Assembly (NCBI RefSeq): GCF_031769215.1
Contig: NW_026782491.1
Span: forward strand, 206,882 to 270,881
DNA from: Ylistrum balloti
Taxonomy: Eukaryota
Direction: 5' to 3'
DNA: 64,000 nucleotides
The position numbers were made by a program, and so were the translations under genes. The notes under the pieces were generated by a model. It was given only the letters and a program-made list of their open reading frames with translations, was not told the DNA's origin and searched no databases. This document shows, in pieces, positions 12,901 through 27,899 of this stretch; positions within the stretch are counted from its first letter, which is position 1, and each line of letters starts with the position of its first letter.

Positions 12901-15900
12901 AGAGTCTGACAAGACAGGTTACTTGGTTTCTTGCCAAAACAACACCTCTTTGATGTAATGTTGTTCTTATCGACTATATTGTTGTTGTCATCACAACATG
13001 TTATCTTATAGCGGTAATTGAAATAGCTTCAATCGAAACTCAATGACTGGTGCCCGCGCCTTTCCAATACCTCTTAAAGTGCAACACATCTTGACAGATG
13101 TCTACAGTTACACCTCTCCATGGAAAATATTTATGTCAAGGCTAAATCTCCCGACAACGCAGAAATACTAAGTGAACGTCTACTCAGTTCTATATATCAC
13201 ACTGCTCGGAATGGGAAATATTCTCTTGCCTCTCGGAGGCGAGATTTTCAATGCGGGTGACATGGTCGTATTGATTTTGCTGGTTGTGCATCTGGAGCTA
13301 TTTCCTCAAGGTGGTAGCCTTTGTTTGAAGGCACAGCTCAAATGGGAAAACCTTATACAATTAACTGTGCCTTGAAAATGACTTGAAGCCAGTGAAAATA
13401 TGTATGCAGTCATACATATTAATTTTGAGAATTTACGTATCTTTTTATCAGCCGTCAATAATAACAGAAGAGGCACTCACAATCATTGATTCTTCTCGGG
13501 GAGAAAAAGGGAAATATTAAAACAACTCCCATCGATTGACAATAGACACAAGAGTGTATTACAGCTGAGAAATGTCGTTAATCCAGCAACTCTGGCTTCC
13601 ATCATCAGTAGCTTATTTGTAGAACGCTTGGCCGCTTGATTTATATGAAAGTTTTAGTCCGTATTGCAAAACACAGTCAAAATGGCGACACTACTTGATA
13701 AAAGGGAGATGGCGTAAATCTAAAAATTGTTAGAAAAGGCAGATGTCTTTTTTCCCAACTAGGTGAAGATTTACTCTTTTTCTTCGAATATCTAAACATC
13801 CATTCAGGATTTCTGACAAAAATCGACTAAATTGCACATGGAATTTTATATTGCAAGTGAATATGGGTATATTCCGGATATATGTAACGGTTCTGTGAGA
13901 GCGTGTTTGTCGGGTTTTACCGTAAAATTATAAATTTTCGTGAGGCATTTATTTACGTTGACTTCGTAGGTACTCTTAATCCACAAATTTATATGTACAT
14001 GTACAGTGTCATAATTAGTGAAGCTACAATTATAGAGCTGCTATATCTATCCAAGAAATCCAATACCCACGAAGAAAAGGAACCACGGAAATAGAGCCCG
14101 TAGAATACAGATGATTTTACAGTAACCTCCGAAATGTTTAGTCAACAAAGAGGAAAACATTCCATTTGAAATACATCACTTTTTGTCCATCGGGATGGGC
14201 GTGTCTATTATTGCTTCCTTATTAACATTGCATGTAGACCAGGAAGCAGCTTACAATGATTTGAATAAAATTAATCTACTAAATAAGTAAAATTACAAGA
14301 TAATAACACAGCTACAGTTTGATGATAGACGAGACATGCATGCTGATCTTAAATTGCTGTTAATAAAAGCAAAAGATCATAAGGACATATCGATCAAACC
14401 AAGAATTGATTAACTAGGGCGAAATTCACGGATACCTTTGAAAAAGTACCAAAACAATCAATAGGACCAAGCGTTCAGTAAGGACTAAGATAAACGTCTT
14501 TTACCTCATTGGCAATAACCGAGGACCAATTCAGGTAATGTCACGTTTTCAAATTCAAATCCGGACTGACAAAAAAAAAACAAAAAAAAAAAAAAAAAAA
14601 CCATCCGCTCCGCCCCAAACGAAGTTGCTTTTGGTTCATTACTAGGCTGTAACCTCCGTCAATCTAGTCATCCAGAAGGATTCCGTTTTTAGAAGACAGT
14701 TCCTGTATAGGAAGGTTTCTTCATCGTCATGGCTACATCTTATGACTCAGCATGGGATAAGAAGGTTGCGTATGTTGTCCATTCTTCTGAATGCCTGTAT
14801 GTATTAGCGAATAAGATAATTAGGATATTCCCTCATGCTGATTTGAAATTAATCTCGCAACCATACCCCTTTGTGTGGAATATATCTGCATGGATAACAC
14901 TATCCGAGTAATTTTATTTGAAATCCAAGTAATGACATACACTCGATGTTCCCTGATTTGTTTGAACCAGCATTATGTCCATTATCTTGTCTTTCTTCGC
15001 CGAAGGAATAATCCATAAAAACAATAGAGACTTTTCCTCCTGCCATTTACCATTTCCGCAGATTAACATCTATAAGGTCTGTCAAAGAAACAAGATAAAA
15101 AATGGCCTTTAAGTGTCAACTCATGTCTTTGGTCAGGCATTTTTGCTCTAGCACGAAACCATACTACCCTTCATTCCTGGGATATGCTATGTATGTAATA
15201 TATAATGTGATGTTTTATCTTCCCCGTACAATCTATGTGGGGCTGCTGAGGAAAAATCAAATCAAAACCAGAGTCTCTTGAGATGACCTCTCAAATCTTT
15301 TTCATTTCAAAAGGTGATGTGTTGTTTGATGCCTCCTATGGGTGATACATACAGCTGCCATTGATCATGAAAAAATCGATAGCTGATCAATTAGGCTAAC
15401 GTTGATATGAACACTGAACCATGTGAAACGAGAATGGTCAGATCAGATACACCATATATAACATTGCACTGTGGCGCACAAAAAAAATCAAAGAAAAAAA
15501 CTGTTTTTAATTGTACACACAGAACTCAGTCGGCTACAACAAGAATTCCAGCACCGATGTGAAGAGATACAAAACTAGCCGTTGAGAAATCAAGACAAAA
15601 GTACGATTGTATAATAACACACAACAAAAGCATCTTATCTGAAACCCTTTTATTTCAGAGGGATGGACATTCCCTTCAACCATCTGTGACATCCTTCATT
15701 ATATATTCATTGGAAAGTTCGTGCCCTCGGTTACAACGTCAGTCCTATCAGGATATGTACACGTGGTTCCAATAAACATCCATTACACATTAAAACCATC
15801 ACAAAACTCAGCAATAGAGAGAATTCAGAAATATCGAAAGTCTAATTACTTCACAAGGGCCGGTAGATATTACACAATAGATATTGTCAAACAGTGCAAG

Positions 15901-17444
15901 CTTCAGCCAATACAACGTATGTAACAAACAACAAAAATGTCGTCATATTAACAAAATCTTAATTCAAATTCTGATTCAAGCTTTGATGAAATCATGGAAA
16001 ATCCTAAACAAATGATATATTTACCCTTATGCAAATACAAAAGAATACAACCATTTTGTTCCGGAAGGGCATGCGTCTTCTAGCATCCATCAACCACACC
16101 CGTCACATCAATCTTTATCAATCAAAAGGAGTACTGTCCTTTCTTAATTGATAACAACAAAGCTGCCGGACATAACTTACGAGCTGTGCACACATCCATT
16201 TTCATATCACACAAGGAAACTATCCAAATGAAATCGAGATGGTTCTATGTTAAATATATAGCCGTCCACATGTTCCATTCAGTGATACGTCCAGTAATGT
16301 TGAACCCCTGGTAGTCTTCATACTTTGCCAATCTACACACCTGTCGATGCTGATGTCTACATACCGTAATGATTTATAAAATAAAAGCTTCGTTCCGTCA
16401 CGTTAGCAATAGGTAGACATAATGTGTCATTCACCGTCTCCACCTCCCTTGTACATGCCAAGTGATGACGTAGCCCCTCTCCCGTCGAGAACAACCATTA
16501 ATATTATTACCTACAAGTGTATTTGCGTGTGTGTGTATATATAAACAAAGCACATCATCGCGCGCCGTCATGTGATGCTCGTCCGTTCATGTGATGCAAT
16601 GTACTGGTTTGTTTTAAATCAATATCAACATTTACTTTAACAAATTGCTGTATATAAAACCACATAATTAGTAACGTAAAAATTCAAAAATACAGTGGTT
16701 CCAAAGCAATGCACTACATATATATATATTGTTTGTGTGTTTATGATCCGGATGTTTTTTCTTGTCAAATGATCTTTGAATTCCCTGTTTTTCTGAAAAA
16801 TCGTGTCGATTTCGTTGTATAATGATATATCGGATAATTGTGAATCCCTTATTACTTATTCATTATTTTGTGACATAACGGATTACCTCCCTTCCAAAAG
16901 ACTATTTTGCAAGGCGTTTCCTTGATCTTTATCCGGTTAGGAATTACAGATTAGGATTTCGTCTACTTCAAATAAAAAAAATATTAATACCTCAACTCTC
17001 ACCAAAGTGTATGTCCAAAGGTAAACAACGAAAGTCTGGACAAAAAAAAGGAAAAATCAAAATAGCACAGATTTTTTTTCTTTTACTTTATTCGGATTTC
17101 ACATCGATCAAGAGCCTTTGACTAAAATTTGGAATATAATCACTTACCAGTTGCGTGATGTTTCCTAAACGAATATACAGACGACAAATTTCAGTCACCG
17201 GAAAACTGTTGGTGCGGTTATCTGCCTGAACTTTATATCGCGTAATGCATTTGCAAGGTTCTGTGAAGTTTAGTACACAAGCTGAAGAGATGACCTAAGC
17301 GGGACACTAACGAGAAATGCTGCGTCATTTCAGTCATCTCTATCACTTGTGTACATGTCGCACACCGAGTTGTTATTCCAAGTAGACAGGTCTTCATTGT
17401 AAAACTAGTTGATAAATCCGTTCTAATTTTCAACAAAATATAAA

Positions 17445-17560
17445 GTGCACGTTATATAAACGGTTGTCTGAAATGGAAATTGCGCAGAAAGAACGCGCAG
17501 TTGGGAAACATTCAGTCACGTGGTTATTGCGTGGATATATAAACCGCGAAAGCCCTGGAG
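17445..17560 (+). promoter_or_regulatory. Candidate Pol II promoter: two TATATAAA boxes (17453-17460, 17536-17543), an E-box CACGTG, and GCGCAG repeats
   Basis: Canonical TATA boxes lie ~80 bp and ~160 bp upstream of an ATG exon that ends in a strong splice donor. Confidence 0.35.
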
Positions 17561-17618
17561 TTGCTTCTTTGTTCGCTGTGAGCACATGGTCGATGTGTAC
17601 TTGTGATTGATCTCGTGA

Positions 17619-17666
17619 ATGTCATCCCAGTTTGCCGTTTCCAAGACGTTATCTTTGCAGTCTAAG
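17619..17666 (+). CDS. Candidate short first coding exon (MSSQFAVSKTLSLQSK) ending at donor AAG|GTAAGG; downstream partner exon unknown
   Basis: Kozak G at -3. The 16-codon ORF terminates exactly at a GTAAGG donor. Spliced in phase 0 to the zinc-finger exon acceptor at 31268 it would hit a stop codon after three codons. It would therefore be a uORF-like 5' exon or belong to another transcript. Confidence 0.2.
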
Positions 17667-19298
17667 GTAAGGAAGTTATATACCAGTATCGTGGTTTACA
17701 TTTTACACGTATTTTTGCGACTGATAATGTGTTTATCCCTCGTGAAACTGGTAAAACTGTTCATGGATAACCGACTGGCGGGGCCGCTATCGCCATTATG
17801 CTGTTGTGGTAGCTACATGTATACACGCTGACTCAGTATAGTCATCGTCTGCTTGTAGTGTCGGGGCTCCGTTGGCTTGCCGCATGGGATAATCAGACAG
17901 CACATCAATACTCTTTATAGCAGCACTACATGGTGTGCACTCTGGTTGAAGAGCTAGCTGGGCACTGACATGTATAATATCGCATACTGACGTGCGGTAC
18001 TGTATTTTCCCTTTGAAGACTGACATGTTTATTGCATGGCTGATTGTGAAGAAGTTAGTTGAATATACAGTCAGTTGAGGCTTGTTTATATTCAAAGGCA
18101 ATTTTAAAATACAACCATGAACATATCAAGACATACTCTTTCAGCTTACCAGGACAAGTGAGTCTGGGTTTTGATTGGCCAGCTTATTATCCAATCGAAA
18201 TATGATTGCAAGCATAACTCCAGAAAGAGGCTGTTGACCTTTTTAATTTGTATAATTAATATATATATATGGATATAGTGACTTGTAAGCAAATAATCAT
18301 TTTATTATTTAGGATTAAAATAAGTAAGTGTGGGAATCATTGTTGACATAGATATGGAATAAATTTATGTTGTGATTAGAATAGTAATGGGCTGATGGGA
18401 AAATTTAATTAATCATTTCTGGAATTAGCGGATATTACAAATATGAAATTTAAAATGACAAGCTAAATGAAAACTGATTATTATTTAATGGAACTTATCA
18501 CTGCGTAAAACTTGCCCTAGGGAAAAAGTCATTTTTTAACAGTCTATCATACTGTAGAACTTTTTCCTTTTTTCTGTTTAAATTTACAGTGTATATATGT
18601 ATATAATTGATATTGTTATGGAGGTTGGGGAACAGGATGGGTGTTCAACATACTAATTGAGATTATATAGAAGGTAAATTAATTATGAATTTTCATTCAT
18701 TTGCACCGAGGTGCTTAGTAAAACAAGAGTACTTATATAGATTTCACCTATGCCATGTGCTAATTGCTTGTCAAGTAATATCAGGTAATTTTTTTTATTA
18801 CTATACTCAATGCATCAGACACACACCCATGTTCCTATGAATGCCCCTCCCTCATTTATAGGCTCTTAACACAGCATTCTGGTCAGGTTTTGCACTCACC
18901 ATTATACACATTCAGGAAAAAAATTGAAATTTTGCAAATTTGGTCTCCTAGCTATTGATCACATGTAAATAAATACAATTTTACATCAACATTTTTTCTG
19001 TCGCCTATAATAAAAAAGTGTATTCTGTCTGTCATGAATCTATAAAGTCCACATTTATTTTAAGAGCACACCGGGCACTTAATGGGTCAAGTTCAGTCTA
19101 CAAGATGTAAAAAATTGAATTTGAAACTGATCAAATGTAAAGTGCATCAATTGATTCAAAATATTTGTCAGGACTTTAGCAGATTGTGATACAGCCAATA
19201 TCAGGTTGACCAGACTCAATCAGATTAGTTAAGGATACTGCTTTGGATTGTAATGTGTATAAGTATGCAGTATAAATATAGTAGGTTTGAATCATGTT

Positions 19299-20330
19299 AC
19301 CTTAGGGATGACTTACCTGTGTGTTCACTATGGGCATGACATATCTGTGTGTTCACTTTGGGGATGATATGCCTGTGTGTTCAATCTTGAGATGACATGC
19401 CTGTGTGTTCAATCTTGAGATGACTTGCATGTGTGTTCACTTTGGAGATGATTTGTTTGTGTTCACTCAGGAGATGGCATACCGGTGTGTTCACTAATGG
19501 GATGACATGCCTGCATGTTCTCTATGAGCATGACATACCTGCATGTTTACTATGGGGATGACATACCTTTGTGTTCACTCAGGAGATGACGTACCTGTGT
19601 GTTCACTTTGGGGATGATTTGTTTATGTTCACTCAGGAGATGGCATACCGGTGTGTTCACTAATGGGATGACATACCTGTGTGTTCACTTTGGGGATGAC
19701 ATACCTGTGTGTTCACTTTGGGGATGACATACCTGTGTGTTCACTAATGGGATGACATACCTGTGTGTTCACTAATGGGATGGCATACCTGTGTGTTCAC
19801 TAATGGGATGGCATACCTGTGCATTCTCTCTGGGGATGATATACCAGTGTGTTCACTCTTGAGGATGACATACCTGTGTGTTTACTTTGGGGATGACATA
19901 CCTGTGTGTTCACTTTGGGGATGATTTGTTTGTGTTCACTCAGGAGATGGCATACCGGTGTGTTCACTAATGGGATGACATACCGGTGTGTTCACTAATG
20001 GGATGGCATACCTGTGCATTCTCTCTGGGGATGATATACCAGTGTGTTCACTCTGGGGGACATGCCTTTGTTTTCACTGTGAGGATGACTTGCAAGTATG
20101 TTCACTCAGTGGAAGACATACTTGTGGGTTCTCTAGGGAAGTTATTCCTATAGTTCTTTCTAGGGAAGATTTTCCTGTAGGTTCTGTCTAGATAAGATAT
20201 TCTGATAGCTCTGTTTAGGGAAAACATTCCTATAGGTTCTCTCTGGGGTTGACATGCCTGTGGATTTACTCTTAGTGTTAGGGTGACATATCCATAGGTT
20301 CATTCCTTGGATGATATGCTTTAATGCTCA
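19299..20330. repeat. 27-bp minisatellite (gggatgacatacctgtgtgttcacttt), ~38 copies, degenerating at the 3' end
   Basis: Direct tandem repetition. Confidence 0.9.
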
Positions 20331-23300
20331 TTTCTTATCCATTGCACTATGTTTAGAAGTCAGTGACAAGGCTGAAACTTAAAAAGTGACATAGCTGGTT
20401 CTTAAGAGATGACCTATTGCTGACTTAGTTATTGACACTGGTGATAGCTGTGGAACCATGGACTTTCATTTTTCCACATGCATATTATGTTTTATTTAAT
20501 ATTTTGGAAATTTTTTACTCTTTACCGTTTTTTTTTTTTTTTTTTTTTTTTAAATAATTGTTATGCCATATGGATATTGATATTATCATTGGTTGGTTCT
20601 TTTCAGAATTTTGCTGTCATATTTCTTACAGTATAGAATAGATATAGACCAGCACCATATATGAAGTGGTTACAACTACAATGAATTGCTATTTTTGCTT
20701 TAATCTAGATTGCCAATATTCTCGCAATGATTCTCTTTGATCATGTCACAAGGCAACAGATGTTGTGAAAGTATGACGTCACAGTTGAAACAAAGAGTGA
20801 CGGAAACTTTCAGCCAATCACAACTCAGCTAGATATCATAGATGTACACATCCAATGCAGTTTATCTAATGGGTGTAGTTAAATTGATAACAGCTTTGTG
20901 ATGTGATAATATTTTAACTGCCATGAGATAAATTATGGAATGTACTGAACTTCAAGTCTGTGTAAAGATAGATTGAAACAGAAAACACCTTAAGGGGATG
21001 GAAACTTGGCAAAAAGTCAGAAATTAATTGATAAAGAAAATAAAACTAATTAGTCAATGCCAAAACTGTAAAAAGGGAACCTCTTGTGTTTAGGAATTAA
21101 GAAATACAGAGGCCAAGTGTAATTGCTTATGGAAAGTTGTTCATTTGAAGGTAATTTACAACTAGCAACATTTGAAGACTTTTTGTATTCAATGAATACT
21201 AGTATAGTAACAGATTCAGATCTTCTCTTAATTATTGATTTAATAAGTACATTCTTAGTTTGGTATTGACCGTAGAACTTGGGTCAGAAGGTAGGAAAAA
21301 TATCAAATTTTGTTGGGAAGGGGAAATGTTGTGAGACTTGCATTACTTTTTTGCCCAACCCAAAAACCAGGAACCAAGCCTTTCATCTGTTTTAGTGGTA
21401 GGGAAATAGAGCAGCAAGTGTTTATATTATGTTAGAATATAAAACACTAATATGCAAGATGATCTCAGAGTGAAGACCGGATATTCTGGAAATGACTTTC
21501 ACAAAAAAAATCATTGGATTCAATTATTTCATAAAATCATTCAGTCACGGGTAAATTTTTGGGTCGGCAAGTCAATGCAAAACAAACACTATTTAGATTT
21601 AAACCATTTGCAGTTAATACATGAACTGATTATAACTGATAATTGATCAGGAATTTATGTGTATTATCAATTATGAAACTGGAACTGCTAATTCCATCTC
21701 CATATATTATCAAACCTATTGAATCACTCAAATGGCATTCTTTTCTATTCATATATTATTTAAACCATATCGGTCTTAAAAACTGATTTGTTGAAGTTAA
21801 CAATCTTCACTCTCATTCTTAAGAACAAATAATTATAACATCGGTTCTTTCACTTATTTGAAAAATATGGTAAAAAGGAATGAATGTACTTATTGTACAT
21901 TACTTGAATAGATTAGCAAAAAATATTGCGATTGGTCAGGCATTTAAACACAGGGCAAAGGTTACAAGAGATTTCTATATGATGGCATGAATCTGCCTGA
22001 TGTATAGCTTAACATACCCATAAAGCTTTCTCATGTCTATGTTCAAATGTCAAGGTTGCATAATAACCTGTGTTAGCTGCAAGTTAAGAGATCTATCCTG
22101 GCGAAGTCAAGGTGTTAGTAGCTAGAAGTCGGAGATAAAATGATTCTCATAGGTTAAGGTCACAATGAGCTAAAGGTTTGCAATCTACTGGTTCTAATAC
22201 TATTCCTGGCAATGTCAGGGTCACAGTAGCAAGAGTGTGGAGCTAGAATATTCTGACATTAACTGACATATTGTACTGAATTAAATATAAAAAGATTGAA
22301 TAAGCCCTTCTGAACAATATAAGTTAGTAGAAATCATGGGTCTCTAGGATTTTTGTTAGCTTATTTGTTTTCTAGAGGTACAAACAAGCACAAAGATGAT
22401 TCTACTTACATTTTCTTGTTCAATTTGAAATGTTGTATAAATGAAACAAAAACATTAAAATAAATTTTGCATATCGACCATTAATGAAGTCACAAGGATT
22501 AAATAAGACACACCATATTCATCCAGTTATAAGCTCTTGTCTGAAAATAAGCTCATGAATTTCATACTTATTGTTGTGCTCAATGTGCTGTAGATCTACC
22601 AACAGATGCTATTGTTTCAGTGTAGGCTGATCTCCTGACTTTGATGGAGAATTGGAGTTTTTGGCCTCTGAGCTTGTTTTAAAGTTTCACTTGGTACTTT
22701 TCCAATCAGTGTGAGATTAGAACATGCATGAAAGACAAAGTATTGTACAGATGGTCTGTAGTGTTTTCTGATTTGGTTAAAGATACACACAGACAGTTAG
22801 CTGTACAGGAAGTACCTTAAATAGCATGTTTTAAGGAAATGCTAGCTGCATTTTCACTAGAATCGTATATGTCTTATCAAAATTATAACAGATAGCATAT
22901 GCATCAACTCATTAATGTTTGATCTGTTGCCCAAGTTAGAAGTTAGGAAGGTGTGCACCACAGCTTTGCCCCTGCTTTAATGGCTATTTGCTGACATCCG
23001 AGGAAGAAAACCGAGATCCTGCATTTCATAAGAATAGTTTACTAAGTGGTGTGTGGATGATGAGTGGAAAAATAATCTCAAAAAATAATATAATCAATTA
23101 TTTTTTCCATTCCAAATCAGCTGAAGAGAAATGATTTCTTTCAGTATGTTATCAGATGGAAGCTGATATGATACCATGGTGACTTTCTTCCTCTCGAGGA
23201 AGTGACTAGTTCCAAGGGTAATTTAACAGCAATGCATTTTGGAGTATGACAGAGTGCTACTCTTTAAATGTTATTTAAGTCCCTACATCATAGTTCCATT

Positions 23301-24000
23301 GTAATACCCACTGTTGTTCTTGTCAATATCACTATCAAGAATCAATTATAAAAGATATGGTTTACCCAAGTCTTTTTGACTCTTGAATTTCTTAAATGCA
23401 AATGATGTACTGTTTTTGATATTTACTGAATAGAAGTTATATGGTAGACAGAAAATGGAAACTAAGTAGATCTGTTGGCTGTGTGCTGTAGTCATTTAAA
23501 ATGTAGGAAGAAGAAGGAAACAGCAGATATTGATTTCTGGTCTAAGTGCTAGAAGGATTTTACTATTACGAGATTGATCCTGATCCGATGTTGAGTGCCT
23601 CTCTCAGCAGCAGACACCAGTCTGTCTTTTAAAGTCAGTCTGCCCTATTGAAAGCAATAAAGCCTGGGTATCCTTTGAGACAATCGACTCTCTGGACATA
23701 TGACAAAGTAAAAGGTCATCACGACCAGTCTCTGGTGTCTGTAAAAGGGCAAGATTATTTTTCACTTCCTTGTCTCGAGGAAAACTATACTCTCAACTGT
23801 CCAAAGACTATAGCATCAGGTAGATAGAAACCTAAGCCAACAATGGCACTATACAGGATTTTAGGAACTGTTATGAGCTGAATTTTGGTTCTATTTGAAA
23901 AATTTATATATATTTTAGTTTTGGTTTCTTTCAGATTTTGCATGGGACATTATCATTGAAAAAATCTTAATTAATTTATCTTTAACTTTCTACTTTTTCC

Positions 24001-24245
24001 AAGAATTATTTGGCTTTACATAGGGACCTCAGCTTCTTACCTGGGACTGCATAGGTGTGATGCTCTACAGACTGAGCCATCATAACCCCTATTTTCAGGT
24101 AAACAGTCATGACATTTGTATATCAAACAAGAATTATTTGGCTTTACATAGGGACCTCAGCTTCTTACCTGGGACTGCATAGGTGTGATGCTCTACAGAC
24201 TGAGCCATCATAACCCCTATTTTCAGGTGAAACAGTCATGACATT
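24001..24245. repeat. ~118-bp tandem duplication (about 2 copies)
   Basis: Near-identical adjacent copies (caagaattatttggctttacatagggacctcagcttcttacctggg...). Confidence 0.85.
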
Positions 24246-25180
24246 TGTATATCAAACAAGAATTATTTGTGGTTTTTAGTTAAAATTCAAATGTGACCTT
24301 AAATTTCTCATGTGGAAAAATCAGTTGTAGCCAGTATAGGTAATAGCATGGTTTTTGAGAAACAAGGGATTTAAAACACCAGTGTCCTAGCAGTCCTGTA
24401 GTAGTAAGTGATTGATTACCTTCACTTCTTTAAATTGTGGCAGGTGTAACATTTAGGATAAGACAAAATATTTCATACTTATTATCCACTTAGGGTTAGA
24501 CAACAAATTTCACTTTACATGTACTTAAACGAAGAAAAATGACAATATGTTTTGCATTTTGTCTCAAAATAGTTGAAAACTACATCAAAAACATCTTTGA
24601 TGTGACACAGGTTCAGTTTACATTTGCCTCACAAAATCTTGACAAGCCTTCCTAAAAAAACTTTTAGCATGTAGGATGATTAAATAGTAGTAAAAAAAAT
24701 TATTATTGATCAGAATTGATCTGTTGGCCAAAACAAATATAGCTAATCAATAATTTTGAAATCTCAACCGCTTCCTAACACCAGCAGGCATGATGGACAA
24801 ACTCAGATGGTCACAAGAGGCTGTGGGATCGTAGTTATTGTCCTTTATATATTTGTTATTAGGAGTAAAGTAATCATCTCTAATGAATGAAAATAGGAAA
24901 TTGGATTAGCACAACTGCCTAAATTTTGGCAGGTGGGATGATGCTCTCCAGAAAACCTGAAAAATGGTGAAAAAAAAATTAAAATTAAATAAGACGAAAA
25001 AATCCCAATGTTTCAGATGAACACACCTGTATATAAGCCAATGCTTATTTAGAGATGAATGCTTTTTTCATATACATACAGATGAAATGAATGCATGCAG
25101 TTTGAAATTTGATTTTGTCAGCAAATTCTATATTTGCAATGGCGAAAATGTTTCAAAAGTTCCAACAATGTCAGAGATAG

Positions 25181-25390
25181 ATGACAGGTTGTGTCTACAT
25201 CACACATGGGTGACAGGGTGTGTCTGTATCACACATGTGTGACAGGGTGTGTCTGTATCACACATGTGTGACAGGGTGTGTCTACATCCCACATGGGTTA
25301 CAGATTGTGTCTGTATCACACATGGGTGACAGGGTGTGTCTGTATCACATATTGGTGACAGATTGTGTCTGCGTCACACATTAGTAACAT
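25181..25390. repeat. 29-bp minisatellite (gtgacagggtgtgtctgtatcacacatgg), ~7 copies
   Basis: Direct tandem repetition. Confidence 0.85.
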
Positions 25391-27449
25391 GTGAATGTGG
25401 TTTGTTTTAATTACTCATTCAGAAATGCAAAAAAATGAAATGAAAATTGAAATAAAGAGTTGGGATCTTCTTTAGTATTGATATGTAACTTTGGGGAAAA
25501 TGACCAGGAATATTTGTTTGAATTAAGTGGGTGACCAACTGACAGTTTCCATAACAACACTAATATAAAATCTCTGAAGGCAATGTATATGTTGGGTGTG
25601 ATCCATTATTAAGAGGGAAGGTATTGTATAAAATTACTTAATGGCCCATTTCCACCACACTATTACCTATAAATTGGTTAAAGTTTTTCCATTTGGCTGA
25701 TGTTCACATTCCAGTTTACCCAGTTTTGTTTGTCTTAGTTTGTCATGGTCCAGAGACTGATTTTTTATAATGTACTCTTCATTTAGTGTAACGTGAAGTT
25801 TGTATTTTGCAGATGCAGCCTGTCTACATCATTCTGAAGTCAGTTGACGCTGTGACGAATGTGAAGATTTAGGCTGAAAAGAGCTTGGATTGTAAGTAAA
25901 ATTTATGTCATTAGATTTAACACAGGTTTCCATTTTGCTTTTTAACGATTTATATATTTCAATGCAGGATGAGAAGTTTATATGACAAATCTTAAATGTA
26001 GTTTATTAGTGTAGACAACTAACCTGATTTCATCACATCAACCTCATGTTGACCTTATCATGAACTACTCATTTAAAAAATACTATAACCACATGATAGT
26101 TCTTTATTTTTAATCACTATCAAAAATTTCATATTCAATTTTTGGATCTCATGTAGTCAAAATAACATTGAACATAACATAAAACATCATCTTTATACAT
26201 ATTGATGTGATAACAATACATTGGAATAGAATACAAGGTTTTTTTTCCAATGGACAGATATCAGATTGCTACTAGTTCGTGACAGAGGTGATTTCTTTTT
26301 ACATTGTCTGGGAGTCGGCTGTTCATCTATAGCAAGAATCTTGTATACAAAACAGTGTATGATTTCCTGTCAAATATAGTTTATCAGTGCTCCAGATAAC
26401 TTTTTGACATGTGGGGTTTTCACTCCTACCTTTATAAATTGAGGGGTTTTTTCACCCCTGCCTTCTTCAAGTGTATGGGTTTTTCCATATTAGGGTAACA
26501 CTGAATTTGTAAACATTTTTGACAGCGCCATATTTGCTATGCGACTGGTTTATAATCACGATCAAGAAAGCGCTTGCATGTTTACTTGATAAGTGTCTGT
26601 TTGACTTAGATTATAGTTTATATAGTCTCCGGAACGGGTTAATGACGCAAATCTTATTTTTTTCCTAGCGTGAAATTAGAAATATTGTGCGTGAAAACGC
26701 ATTCACGCAGGCTATCTGGAGCACTGGTTTATATAGTCTGAACATCAGTCTACATCTGATTAGATTGTGATGATTAGTAGTCAAGGTTAAGGATCAAGGG
26801 TCCCAAGTGAAAAGTCTTTGTCTCCGTGACAAATAAGAGGGAAAGCGAACATGTCTAAGGTGTTACCTTTTGTTCTCCACACATTAATATTTATAAGGAA
26901 ACACATAAGGTTCATTTTCACAGACACTACATATTATTAATACAAATTTTGTTGTTTTTTTCAAGTGAAAAACATGCAAATCTGTATGATTTTGCAAATT
27001 TTTAAGTTCTTAAAAAATATCAAGATTAACTGCTTTTACATATAAAACGGGTAAATTCTGCTGTTTATTTTTTTGTCTTTTATACAACAACAGAGGGTTA
27101 TGAAAGTGAGACTTTGGTGTTACTTTTACACCAGTTTTGTTGTTATTATTCCACTTCATATTTTTTTGTGTAGTATTGTTCTTTCAGAAAATGCAGCATT
27201 AATACATAACAGGAAAGATATATCAGTGCACCAAACAGATAATGTCGGTTTCGTTTCTTTAATCAGTTAAGGACCTGAAATTTCCAAATTGACTGAACAG
27301 AAAATATTGAGATTAATATATTTGTATTAAAAAAAAGATTCCTGGGATGAAGTGTGACAAGGCTTGTAAAAATTATTGACTTCGGTCCATAGTCAAGGTC
27401 ACATGGATCAAATTGTTAAAAATTTCAATTACCTTCTTCTGGTTAACCG

Positions 27450-27790
27450 AAAGGCTTGAAATCTTGATATTTGGCAGGTATAGGTTCCTGTGCAAAAAGC
27501 CAACAAAGTTCGTGAAAAGAAAGGACATTGACCCTTAACAAAGGTAACAAGGGGCGAAATTTATTAAAACTTTCTGATGAAACAAAATGGCCTAGAATCA
27601 TGATACATGGCTGAAAGGTTCCTAAGACAAAGTCTTACAATGTTTGCAGAAAGAAGTGACCTTGACCCTTATTCATGTTCAAAGGGATAAAATTTGTTAT
27701 ACCATTCAAACATCTTCTAATAATAAATAGAAAGCCCTGAATCATAATATTTGGCTGGCAGGTTCTTGGGATGAATGTCAAAGATGTAAA
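27450..27790. repeat. ~140-bp tandem repeat, 3 diverged copies
   Basis: Shared blocks: ggcttgaaatcttgatatttggcaggt..., tagaatcatgatacatggctgaaaggttcc..., tgaatcataatatttggctggcaggttc... Confidence 0.7.
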
Positions 27791-27899
27791 AAAAGTATTT
27801 GTGAATAGCATTTAATTTAAGGTGATGGATGCACAGGCCTCATGTTATCTCTCCCATAAACATTTGTGGGGAATATAGAATTGGGATGTCTGTTAATTC

